IMG/VR virus record: IMGVR_UViG_3300045250_000069
DNA: 64,000 nucleotides
DNA from: a virus
Reading direction: 5' to 3' (one strand)
The position numbers were made by a program, and so were the translations under genes. Below the pieces are notes generated by a model, which had not been told where the DNA came from, ran no database searches, and was given only the letters and a program-made list of their open reading frames with translations. Positions 26,562 to 35,533 of the stretch are shown here, piece by piece (the first letter of the stretch is position 1; every line of letters begins with the position of its first letter).

Positions 26562-27798
26562 TGCGGTCCGTGAGGCAGAGCTCGCGGTGCTCGGCGCGGT
26601 CGTCGGCACGCAGGGCAGGGCACTGGATGATGTTGCGCTTGAAGAGCGTGACTTCCTCCAGCCCTTGCACGGGGAACTGTTCGCGGCAGCTCGATCGATC
26701 TACAACGGCGGCGGGCATGTTGATGTGCTGACGCTCGCAGACGAGTTCCCTCGTGACGCTGCGTTCGTGCATTCGCTCACGGACCACACGCCGTTCGCGG
26801 CCGCGGTCGAGTACTACGCGCAGATCGTGTCGAAGCATGCGCTGCGGCGCCGGCTCGCAGCAGTCGGTACGGGGCTAGCGCACCTGGACGAGTCCCTCAC
26901 CGAGGGTGAGCTGTCAGACGCTGCCGTGCGAATGGTGGATGACGCGGTGGGCGAGGGCAAAGCGCCAGTCAGGTTCGTGGGTGACTACCTGCCCGATGTC
27001 GTGGCGTCGCTGCAGTCCGAGGATGTGTTCGTTCGTTCCCCGTGGGAGTCGCTGGACAAGGTGATTGGTGGGTTTCGTCCTGGCGCGGTGTATGTCGTGG
27101 CGGCGCGTCCTGGTGTCGGTAAGACCGTGGTTGCGGGGCAGATCGCGGTGCAGCTCGCACAGCATGGGATGGTCGCGTTTTCCAGTCTGGAGATGACCGG
27201 GCAGGAACTGACGTCTCGGCTCATGTCGGAGCGGCTGAACATTCGGGTCGGCAGGATCAAGAATGCCCGGCTCCAGGCCGACGATTGGCAGCGCCTGGAA
27301 TCTCACCGTGCTCGGCTCGAGGGCTTGAACATCGCGATCGATGACAGGTCGGGTGTTGGTCCTTCTGATGTGCGCGCGTTCGCACGCTCGGTGTCGAAGC
27401 GGGGGCAGCTGTCCGGTGTCGTGGTCGACTACCTACAGCTGATGACGGCGCCGGGAAAGCAAGACCGGCATGTTCAGGTTGCGGAGTTTTCGCGGCAGTT
27501 GAAGATTCTCGCGAAGGATTTGCAGGTGCCGGTGATTGCGCTATCGCAGTTGAACCGAAATTCGGAGCAGTCAGAGATGCGGGTGCCGCGATTGTCGGAC
27601 TTGCGTGAGTCTGGCGCGATCGAGCAGGACGCGGATTGCGTCATGTTGTTGCGCCGTGAAGAGGGGCACACGTTCGAGACGATGTGGATTGACGTGGCAA
27701 AGAACCGCCACGGACGTACCGGCGAGATTGGTTTGCGCTGGGACGGGACGTATTCGCGGGCGGTTGATGATTTCCCGCCCGACCAATTTATGCACTAG
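26551..27798 (+). CDS. dnaB: DnaB-like replicative helicase
   Basis: AARPGVGKT, VVVDYLQL, ALSQLNR, DLRESGAIEQDAD. Confidence 0.95.
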   Translation: MTIDAVREAELAVLGAVVGTQGRALDDVALEERDFLQPLHGELFAAARSIYNGGGHVDVLTLADEFPRDAAFVHSLTDHTPFAAAVEYYAQIVSKHALRRRLAAVGTGLAHLDESLTEGELSDAAVRMVDDAVGEGKAPVRFVGDYLPDVVASLQSEDVFVRSPWESLDKVIGGFRPGAVYVVAARPGVGKTVVAGQIAVQLAQHGMVAFSSLEMTGQELTSRLMSERLNIRVGRIKNARLQADDWQRLESHRARLEGLNIAIDDRSGVGPSDVRAFARSVSKRGQLSGVVVDYLQLMTAPGKQDRHVQVAEFSRQLKILAKDLQVPVIALSQLNRNSEQSEMRVPRLSDLRESGAIEQDADCVMLLRREEGHTFETMWIDVAKNRHGRTGEIGLRWDGTYSRAVDDFPPDQFMH

Positions 27799-27808
27799 GA
27801 GAAAGTAA

Positions 27809-28258
27809 ATGTCGAAAGCAACGGTGATTGTCGAGGGGTACCTGTCGCAGGACCCTCGCGTGAATGTCACGCAGTCGGGCCGGAAGGTCGCGAATGTGAC
27901 GGTGCCGCACACGCCGCAGCGGAAGAGCCAGTCGGGGCAGTGGGAGGACGCGGGCCCGACGACGTGGTTCGAGGCGACAGTGTGGGAAGACGCCGCCGAA
28001 GCCGTCGAGGGCCTGCGCAAGGGCGACAAGGTGCAACTCGTCGGGCAGCTGCAGGTGGAGACGTACGAGAAGCGCGATGGGTCGCAGGGTGTGAAGGCGG
28101 TCGTGAAGAACGGCACCGTCGGTCTCCTGGAACGCGGCAAGGGCGGCCAGGGCGGCTCGCAGGGCGGTTGGGCTACTCCCGGTGGTTCGAACAATTTCGG
28201 GCCGTCACGCGGACAGCAGACGCCGCAGGCGTGGGACGAGTCGGAGGTCCCGTTTTGA
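27809..28258 (+). CDS. ssb: Single-stranded DNA-binding protein
   Basis: OB fold, Gly-rich linker, DESEVPF tail. Confidence 0.93.
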   Translation: MSKATVIVEGYLSQDPRVNVTQSGRKVANVTVPHTPQRKSQSGQWEDAGPTTWFEATVWEDAAEAVEGLRKGDKVQLVGQLQVETYEKRDGSQGVKAVVKNGTVGLLERGKGGQGGSQGGWATPGGSNNFGPSRGQQTPQAWDESEVPF

Positions 28259-31200
28259 CCGGCGCGGTTGCTCTGGGTTATGCCCCAGCGACACGGTCGC
28301 GTCCTGAACCGCGCCCTCGTTGCTGCGCGCAATGCCGCACCCCGTATGGGTGTGCGACGTCCGGGTGTGGCTGTCATCGGAGGAAGTCGTGATGGACGTG
28401 TGGGACCGCGCGGACGCAGCGAATGACCAGAGGTGGATCGATGACCGACTCCACGAAGAACAACTACGGAGGGAAACCGAGATGACAGAGAAGACGGTGA
28501 CGGTAGTGCTGTCCGGTTGCGATGACGAGACGGAAGTCGAGGTGCCGGTGACTGGTGCGGAGTTCGAGTTCCTGAACAGGCTCTCGGGCATCGTGAACGC
28601 GGCCTCCGAGTATCAGTGCCAGCCAAAGCTACTCGTTGGTGATCGCAGTGAGTGACCGTATCGACCATGCCGCGGAGGCGTGGGAGTTTCAGCAGGCGTC
28701 GCAGCTTGTGGCTGGGGACTCGATGGAGGCGGCGACGTTGGCGGTGCGCCACGCACACGTGCATGCCGTCCTGGCCCTCGTGGAGCAGACCCGGATCGCC
28801 AACCTCATCGCCCTGTCGCAGGCGGAGGACGGCAACGGATGGATCTCGGAGCAGGCTATTGCCTCCGTGTTCCGAGAGCACTGGAACGACGAGACCGGGC
28901 AAGGGCACTGCACGATTGCGCCGGAGGTTGCGGCAGCGCTCGGGATCAAGACAGGAGAAGACGATGAGTAAGCCGGTAGGACACATCCGGGGCAAGCTTC
29001 TGTTTCAGATCGAAGGCGGTGAGCCGATCGAGATGGGGACAGTGAGCCTGCCGCTGGTCGCGACCCGAGTGTCACCGCCGAAGTCAGGCGTGATGACGTT
29101 CGGTCTCGGCGTGGATTTGGAAGGCGTTTCCCGCGACATCGCCGCGATATTCGATTCGAACGAGGTGACCGGAGATGAGTAAGCATATTGATTTCCGCAT
29201 CTACGACGATGCGTCCAAGGTGCAAATCAAGATGACCGAGCGTGACGTGTACGGCCGGATTAGGAGCCACCGTACTCGCCAGTTCACGGTCTCTCGTGTC
29301 GAGTTCGAGGCTGCGCTTGCAGCGGCGAGCATCGAGATGCCGTGGAAGGCGGTGACCGGCGATGAGTGAGCAGAGTGTGCGTGACCTGATCGCGGAGGCC
29401 ATCTACAAGTCGGACATCGAGGGGCTCCAGGACTTTGCGGTTGAGTGGAGCGTGCTGGCTACGCAGTCTCCGAGCATCGCGAAGTCGCGATACAGGGAGG
29501 CTGACGCGGTGCTTGCGGTGCTCGCTGACCCGCCCTCCGACGTGATCGAGGCCGGGGCGCGGGCACTGGCCGAGCTTGAGCCGGGCGAGGCGTGGCCCTC
29601 GAACTATGAGCTCGGAGGTGGCCCGACTGGCACTCGCGACGACGAGTATCGCAGCGAGATGCTCGACCAGGCTCGAATGGTGCTCCAAGCCGTGTTTGCC
29701 GTGGCGCCGAATGTCTCTGAAAAGACCTCGAATCAGGGTAAAACCCCTGGTCAGTCCACGGCGCCGAATATCGGCGAAAAGGCTGTGTTCGGGGGCGACC
29801 GTGACTGAGTACACGCCGACTGTTGATGAGGCGCGCACGAAATACGCCACCGGGGCGACCTGGCAGCACCAAAGTTTCTCGACGGCGGCCGAAGAGTTCG
29901 ACCGCATGATCGCGGGGGTGCGTGCTGATGAGCGTGAGCGTTGCGCGCAGATCGCGGAATCGTCCACTCGACCGTTGCCTGGTCATGGCAGTTTCGGTGC
30001 GGGTTCGCGTTCGCAGTGGTATGCGAACGGTGTCACGGATGCGGCGGCCCGGATCCGAGGTGCGTCATGACTCGGGCACGCAAGAACGGCAAGGGCGAAG
30101 AAGCTTTCGGGCATGTGTCGCGGGCACACGTCCGCCAGTTCGGCTTTCGGTGGCGCGCGTACCGGGCTGGAAGCCACCAGGGCATGTGGTTCGGTACGCA
30201 TGCTGAGGCGCTCGCGTACGCACTCGGAGAGGACAAGAACGATGAGGCGTGATGACCTACAGATCGCAGTCGAGGAAGCGCGGCGGTTCCTGGCACGTGC
30301 GGAGCTGCTGCTGAGCGCAGACCGCGATCCTGCCTATCCGTGGCTGTACGGGGAGCAGGCGGCGTCCGTGAAGCGGGCGTCAATGGATTTGACGAAGGCG
30401 CTACCGAATCTCAGGAGGAACCGATGACGAAGAGCAGTGACGAACGTCTCGTGGAGTTGCGGGCGGAGGCTGGAAGCCGAGCGACTCAGTACGCGCACTC
30501 GCTGGCGTCGGGCGAGTCCCGAGACGACGGCGGTGAAGACGTGCTGGACATGTCGATGCTGTGGTCGGGGCTCGCGGCCGCGTTGGACGAGATGGCCCGG
30601 TGGCGTGGCATGGCTGAGAACGATGCCGCGGTCGAGGCTGCGGCGCGTGGTAGGCGTGAAGCCGATATGGCCCAGTACGGCCACGAAATCTCGTGGGACG
30701 GCATGTTAGAGCGTTTCCGTGAGGCGTACCGCCGTGAATGCCGTACGGTGCTTGCCGCTGCGGTCGAGACGATCAAGGAGCAGGGCGCGTGAGCCGGAAG
30801 ATCACTAGGTGGGAGAAGTTTCGAGACCGGCTCGCGAACCGGATCGCAAACTGGGCGCTCGTTCACATCGCGACGTGGGAGTACCAGAAGGCCGTGTGGT
30901 GGACAATGCGACTCGGTGACGAAGTGCTTAGAGAGAAGAGCTCCGTGAACAAGAAGGGGCAGGGCGGTGAGTAAGCGTGTGCAGAGCAACAGTGTGCAGC
31001 ATCGTCAGGTCGCGCTCGACAAGCTCAACCAGGACGCGGTGATCTTGGATCAGCACGGACATGCGTGGCAGAACGGCGGCATCTACTGGTATCGCGCGTT
31101 CGACAGTGACCGGCATGAATCGAGTTTCAATCTGGCGCAGTTCGCGGGCGACTTCAAGGTGATCCACGGAGGGCAGGCCGGTGATTGAGCCGGTTGAGCC

Positions 31201-32028
31201 GCAGGAGGTATGGCCCTGGGCTATCTCCGAGGGCTGTGTCTGCCCGTGGTGCACGGAACGAGAGGAAGAAGACGATGGATCTTGATCAGGTACGCAGTGA
31301 GGGCGAGCGGCAGGCCGCGGGGTTGCATATCTCTGGGTGGCCGCGTCGGTATGAGGCGAAGTATCGGGCCGGGTTCTCGCTTGGGTTCGAGTGTGGCGCG
31401 CGCTGGCAGGCGGAGCGTGACGCCGAGCGCATCCGCGAACTGGAAGCCGAGGTGGAGCGGCAGCGACGCGAGTTCGATTGGCTGCATGAGAAAGCCGCAC
31501 GAGCCGGGGCGAAGCTCACGTTGATTCAGCGCGAGGCGGAGAGATGGGCACACAATGACATGCGGGGCACGTCAGTGGGCTTCGTAAACCGACTGGATGG
31601 GCAACGCATCCTCACGATCCTGAACGGAGACGAGTGATGAACAGCCGAATCGTTTGGAGCGCCCCTAAGACAATGCCGAACTTGGGGGCGCTCTGTCGTT
31701 GGAGGCACGGGAAATCGCATCGGTGGAACTACGGCTATCTGGTGACGGATTCTCGCGGGATCACCTGGACGTTCAGCCACGAGGCGGGTGGAGTCGCGTC
31801 CGTGTGGATGGTCGCCCTCCCACGCTTTTTCGAGGTCGCTGTTATCGAGCAAACAACGGACGGAGACAACACATGAGGCTGCGCATCGAACTGGTTATCG
31901 AGACCGGCGACCCCGAGGTCGTGGAGTCCCGAGAGACCGACGTGTACACCGCGGCAGAACTCGCTGGTGATGCCCGTGACGAGACCGGAGCCGTACCGCT
32001 CGGCTTCCAGGCAGGAGGGGCAGCATGA
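28255..32028 (+). other. Run of about 15 small overlapping hypothetical ORFs (e.g. 28392-28655, 28648-28971, 28964-29182, 29175-29369, 29362-29808, 29801-30070, 30067-30252, 30242-30427, 30424-30792, 30789-30974, 30967-31188, 31275-31637, 31634-31876, 31873-32028)
   Basis: Chained ATGA/GTGA overlaps with RBS-like purine tracts. Confidence 0.65.
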
Positions 32029-32651
32029 CCCTCGCTAGCTTCGTGCATGTCCTCGCGTTCCCTCACCAGGAGGAGGTGAAGGTCATTGACCGGGAGACGA
32101 ACCGGCCAGAGACCCGCACCATCACCCGCAGGGCACTGCTGGACGACCTCGAAGACACCACGGGAGTCTCGACCGGCGGCGGGGGAAGTTCGGGCGGGAG
32201 TCGCGTCCTCGTCGACTCCGACGTCGTGAAGCTGAAAGCCGCGATCGCCGGCGACTTGCAACGCGACCTGCTGCGCCTCGGCGTCACGGCATTCAAGTTC
32301 GGGCCGCTCGCGAATCAACTCACCGCCTGGTATGCGAACTTCCAAGCGTCATTCCCGAACGGTGCCGAAGAGTATGCGTGGGCAGGGCAGCTCGAACGGT
32401 GGGAGGCGCAGATCCGGGCAGTGACGGAGCCGGTGAAGAAACGCGAAGTGCTCACCGCCTGCCCGATCTGCGGTGCCGCCGAAACGTATGTCGAGGATGA
32501 GCGTCGATCCATGCTCACGATCACGTACAGCGAGGATTCGCCGGCCGCGTCGACCGAGCTCGAATGCCAACGTTGCGGGGTGCTCGCGCAGGGTGTTGCG
32601 GCGGTCGCGGCGACACTCAAAATTGAGAAGGTTCGCAACACCCTCACGTGA
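32025..32651 (+). CDS. Last early gene, C-terminal Zn ribbon; candidate late-transcription regulator
   Basis: CPIC...CQRC; directly precedes an extended -10 promoter and hairpin. Confidence 0.6.
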   Translation: MTLASFVHVLAFPHQEEVKVIDRETNRPETRTITRRALLDDLEDTTGVSTGGGGSSGGSRVLVDSDVVKLKAAIAGDLQRDLLRLGVTAFKFGPLANQLTAWYANFQASFPNGAEEYAWAGQLERWEAQIRAVTEPVKKREVLTACPICGAAETYVEDERRSMLTITYSEDSPAASTELECQRCGVLAQGVAAVAATLKIEKVRNTLT

Positions 32652-32659
32652 TCGTTTTC

Positions 32660-32668
32660 TGCTATCCT
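32660..32668 (+). promoter_or_regulatory. Extended -10 (TGcTATCCT), candidate late promoter
   Basis: TGn-TAnnnT just after 32651. Confidence 0.5.
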
Positions 32669-32699
32669 GTTCTCGACGGGCATTATTGTGTCCAGATCC

Positions 32700-32730
32700 A
32701 GAAGCCCCAGCCATTGCGGTTGGGGCTTCT
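32700..32730 (+). terminator. 13-bp hairpin after candidate late promoter
   Basis: AGAAGCCCCAGCC-ATTGC-GGTTGGGGCTTCT, then GGCATTTT. Confidence 0.6.
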
Positions 32731-32921
32731 GGCATTTTCCAGGCTTGGCGGCATCGGGTGGAACCGGTGGTCGAAGCACACGCGAGCGCAGCGTGGCCAA
32801 GGAAGCGCGCAACAACCGAACATGTGCACGTGGCCCCGGTGACGCATACGGGGCAAACACCGCTTCACTACCCTTCTCGAAGCACCTACCCCTCGAGGGG
32901 CGCGACTCGACAACGCGCACT

Positions 32922-32989
32922 GTCTCTCAGCACAGGGTGCATGCCGGTCTCCAAAACCGGCCGGCCGGGCTCGATACCTGGGAGAGGCG
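32922..32989 (+). tRNA. Degenerate tRNA-Trp(CCA)-like element with reduced D-loop
   Basis: GTCTCTC/GAGAGGC acceptor; CCGGT-CTCCAAA-ACCGG; CCGGG-CTCGATA-CCTGG; G discriminator. Confidence 0.65.
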
Positions 32990-33194
32990 CAATGATCTGC
33001 GATGGGGCTGGAACTCCGGCCCTAGTCTCGGCCGAGCGCGCAGATCAGAAGACCAGGCGATAGCAGACATCCGCGACATCCTGACGACCTCCCCACTAGG
33101 CATAGGGTGCCAAGTGTGGGGTGAGGGTAGCGGCGCACGTAACAGCCCGAGTGGGGCGGCCTGGCACATCTTCCAAGACCGCAGGGAGCTCAGA

Positions 33195-33425
33195 ATGCAG
33201 CGCAAAGAACTACCCGAGCCCGACGAGCACTGGGTGCGGGTCGGCCGTCGAATGTCGCGCTTCCTCTACGCGCTCGGCTACGAGACCATGTCGATTTCAC
33301 CGGCCCGCGAACCGACCACCCCAGACATCACGGTGAACGTGCCAACCAAAGCAGTGTCGGACGAGACTGTCGCCAAGGCACTGACCCGCCTCGCCACCGT
33401 GCCCGATGGGGCATCAGGCCATTAG
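33195..33425 (+). CDS. Hypothetical protein
   Basis: GGGAG RBS; MQRKELPEPD... Confidence 0.55.
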   Translation: MQRKELPEPDEHWVRVGRRMSRFLYALGYETMSISPAREPTTPDITVNVPTKAVSDETVAKALTRLATVPDGASGH

Positions 33426-33501
33426 ACCGCCCCGGCGTCAGGCCGTTGACAGCGCAACCGCCAGTACAGAGCGAGCCGACCGGGGCGCCTACACGCACTA
33501 C

Positions 33502-33762
33502 ATGTCGCAAGCCTCGGCTATATTCCGAAGCATGAGCCAGCACCTGAACATGTACAACCAGAAGGTTTGCCACGGATGCAAACCCTGCCAAGGCGGCGGC
33601 GCCAACATCGGCCGCACCTGGACCCTCATCGCCATCGGCCTCTGCACCGCAGGCATCGGCCTACTCTTCCTCCCGTTCTTCAAGAAATGTGTGTACTGCG
33701 GGCACAACAGTTGGTGGAACAAACACGCCGGCCCCGTACCGGCGACCCCTACCGGCAACTAG
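33502..33762 (+). CDS. Small CxxC-hydrophobic-CxxC membrane protein (moron-like)
   Basis: CHGC...TLIAIGLCTAGIGLLFLPFF...CVYC; own -10-like TACACG and downstream hairpin. Confidence 0.65.
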   Translation: MSQASAIFRSMSQHLNMYNQKVCHGCKPCQGGGANIGRTWTLIAIGLCTAGIGLLFLPFFKKCVYCGHNSWWNKHAGPVPATPTGN

Positions 33763-33778
33763 CCCCACCCTCCACAAA

Positions 33779-33810
33779 CCCCACCCCTCACCCGAGGGCG
33801 TGGGGTTTCT
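33779..33810 (+). terminator. Terminator after moron gene
   Basis: ACCCCAC-CCCTC...GAGGG-GTGGGGT-TTCT. Confidence 0.6.
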
Positions 33811-33829
33811 CCACCCAGGGAGGCACGCG

Positions 33830-34144
33830 ATGGCACGCGAATCCACACGCGAGTTCAAGCGACTCAGAGCAGCATTCAAATACGAATGCGCCCAAGCTGA
33901 CGCCCCATGCTGGATGTGCGGCCTCCCAATCGACTACACCGCAGCGCACGACGCATACTCCAACGACGACAGGTTCGAGCTCGACCACTACTACCCGGTA
34001 TCGGCCAGGCCAGAACTACAAGCCGACCGCGCAAACTTCCGCGCCTCGCACGCAGGATGCAACCGACAACGCGGCGACTCGACCGTCACCTCAACACTCA
34101 TCGGCACACTCTCACGCGACTGGACAACACCACCGCGCCGCTGA
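33830..34144 (+). CDS. Packaging-associated HNH endonuclease (HK97 gp74-like)
   Basis: CWMCG...ELDHYYP...SHAGCNRQRG; upstream of terS. Confidence 0.85.
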   Translation: MARESTREFKRLRAAFKYECAQADAPCWMCGLPIDYTAAHDAYSNDDRFELDHYYPVSARPELQADRANFRASHAGCNRQRGDSTVTSTLIGTLSRDWTTPPRR

Positions 34145-34259
34145 CACAGCGACGGTCAGAGCAGTCAACGCGAGCAGCGCGAACAATCACACAAGCGAGA
34201 CGCGCAAACGTCACAGCAACGCGCACAACACCCAACAGCATCAAGCCAGCGCGATCACC

Positions 34260-34380
34260 GACGGCCGCCGGGGGTAGGGGAGTCTCGCGAATCGAACGAG
34301 ATCGCCCGGCCCTCACCCCGCCGCCCTTCGGCCGCCGCGCGCTGATGTTTAAGGGGGGGGTCGCGCGCGGATAAGGAGTA
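34260..34380. other. Putative cos region of the prophage
   Basis: Non-coding gap between HNH and terS, GGGGGTAGGGGAGTC at 34270, strand-composition flip; exact cut not determinable. Confidence 0.55.
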
Positions 34381-34384
34381 TGCC

Positions 34385-34702
34385 ATGTCGCAGTTTCAAA
34401 AGTTGTCGGTCGTGGATGCGCTTGAGCGGTCGATCGCGAACGCGACGCATCTCCGCGCCGTGCATTCCGCGCATGTGGCTGCTGCTCGGGTGCTCGCGAA
34501 GCGCATTGACGACCTGAGCGATAACGGTTTCGTTGATGAGAACGGGAAGCTTGACAATGTGTCATTGCCTTCGTTCCTGAAGTACTTGGATGCGATGGGG
34601 ATTAGTGCTGATCCTCCGGTGGCAATGAAGGCGGAGAAGACGCCGGCGACGCCGAAGGATCAGATCGCCGCAATGCGCAAGAAGTTGCAGGGCGCCGGAT
34701 AG
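34385..34702 (+). CDS. terS: Terminase small subunit
   Basis: DNVSLPSFLKYLDAMG motif; AAGGAG RBS; position. Confidence 0.8.
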   Translation: MSQFQKLSVVDALERSIANATHLRAVHSAHVAAARVLAKRIDDLSDNGFVDENGKLDNVSLPSFLKYLDAMGISADPPVAMKAEKTPATPKDQIAAMRKKLQGAG

Positions 34703-34777
34703 AATTAGAAGCGGCCCGAATAAGTGCGCCAACACTTACCGGGCCTAACCCAAACCTAAGTGAGTAGGAGGGCTGCG

Positions 34778-35533
34778 ATGCAGTCTACGCGAACCTGTTC
34801 AGTCGATGGATGTGCCGGTGACGTTATCGCGCGCGGGTGGTGCAGCAAGCACTATCAGAAGTGGCGAAAGTACGGCGATCCGATGGAAGGCCGCGGTCAA
34901 GATTTTCGTAAGGCGGTTGATTTCGAGGACGGCACACGTCTTTGCAGTGGGTGCTACGAAAGACAGCCGCTCGAGGTATTCGACAAGGACCCAGGTGGCA
35001 CACTTGGCAGAAAGTCTCGGTGCAAGGCTTGTAGGTCGGCTCAGATGAGAGCTTTGTACGCATCGAACCGCGAGGAGAAGCTTGCATCGGTTCGAGAGTA
35101 TCGCAATGCGAATCGCGATGTTGTCCGCGAGTCTGACAGTCGTCGTTATGCCAGGCATCGCGAGAAACGAATTGCGCTTGCCACCGAGAGCGCGCATCTG
35201 CGCCGCTCTCGAATCTTGCAGAAAAGTAATGACCGGGGAATATCACGGCATTCACTGCGTAAGAGGCATGGCGATAATTGTTGCTATTGCGGCAGATCGA
35301 TGTCTTTTAGGGCTGGCACGCGTGGCGTTTATAACCCTGGGCTGGCGACTATTGAACACATCGTTCCAATCAGCAAGGGCGGCTCTCACACATGGGGCAA
35401 CGTGACACTGGCGTGCTGGGAATGCAATATTCGGCGCGGGAACAGGGATGCCCCTGCAACTTCAGGGGGTGCGCATGGCGGAGCCGACGCATGGCTTCAC
35501 GGTGCCTCGGATTTGGACGAAGCCGCTTCGTGA
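34778..35533 (+). CDS. Free-standing HNH homing endonuclease between terS and terL
   Basis: Zn fingers plus TIEHIVPISKGGSHTWGNVTLACWECN; lower GC; overlaps terL start. Confidence 0.88.
   Translation: MQSTRTCSVDGCAGDVIARGWCSKHYQKWRKYGDPMEGRGQDFRKAVDFEDGTRLCSGCYERQPLEVFDKDPGGTLGRKSRCKACRSAQMRALYASNREEKLASVREYRNANRDVVRESDSRRYARHREKRIALATESAHLRRSRILQKSNDRGISRHSLRKRHGDNCCYCGRSMSFRAGTRGVYNPGLATIEHIVPISKGGSHTWGNVTLACWECNIRRGNRDAPATSGGAHGGADAWLHGASDLDEAAS

Noticed and set aside
32688-33194. 245-aa ORF 32688-33425 spanning the structured region
   Set aside because: No RBS, low-complexity translation, runs through terminator and tRNA-like element; only the 33195 start has an RBS
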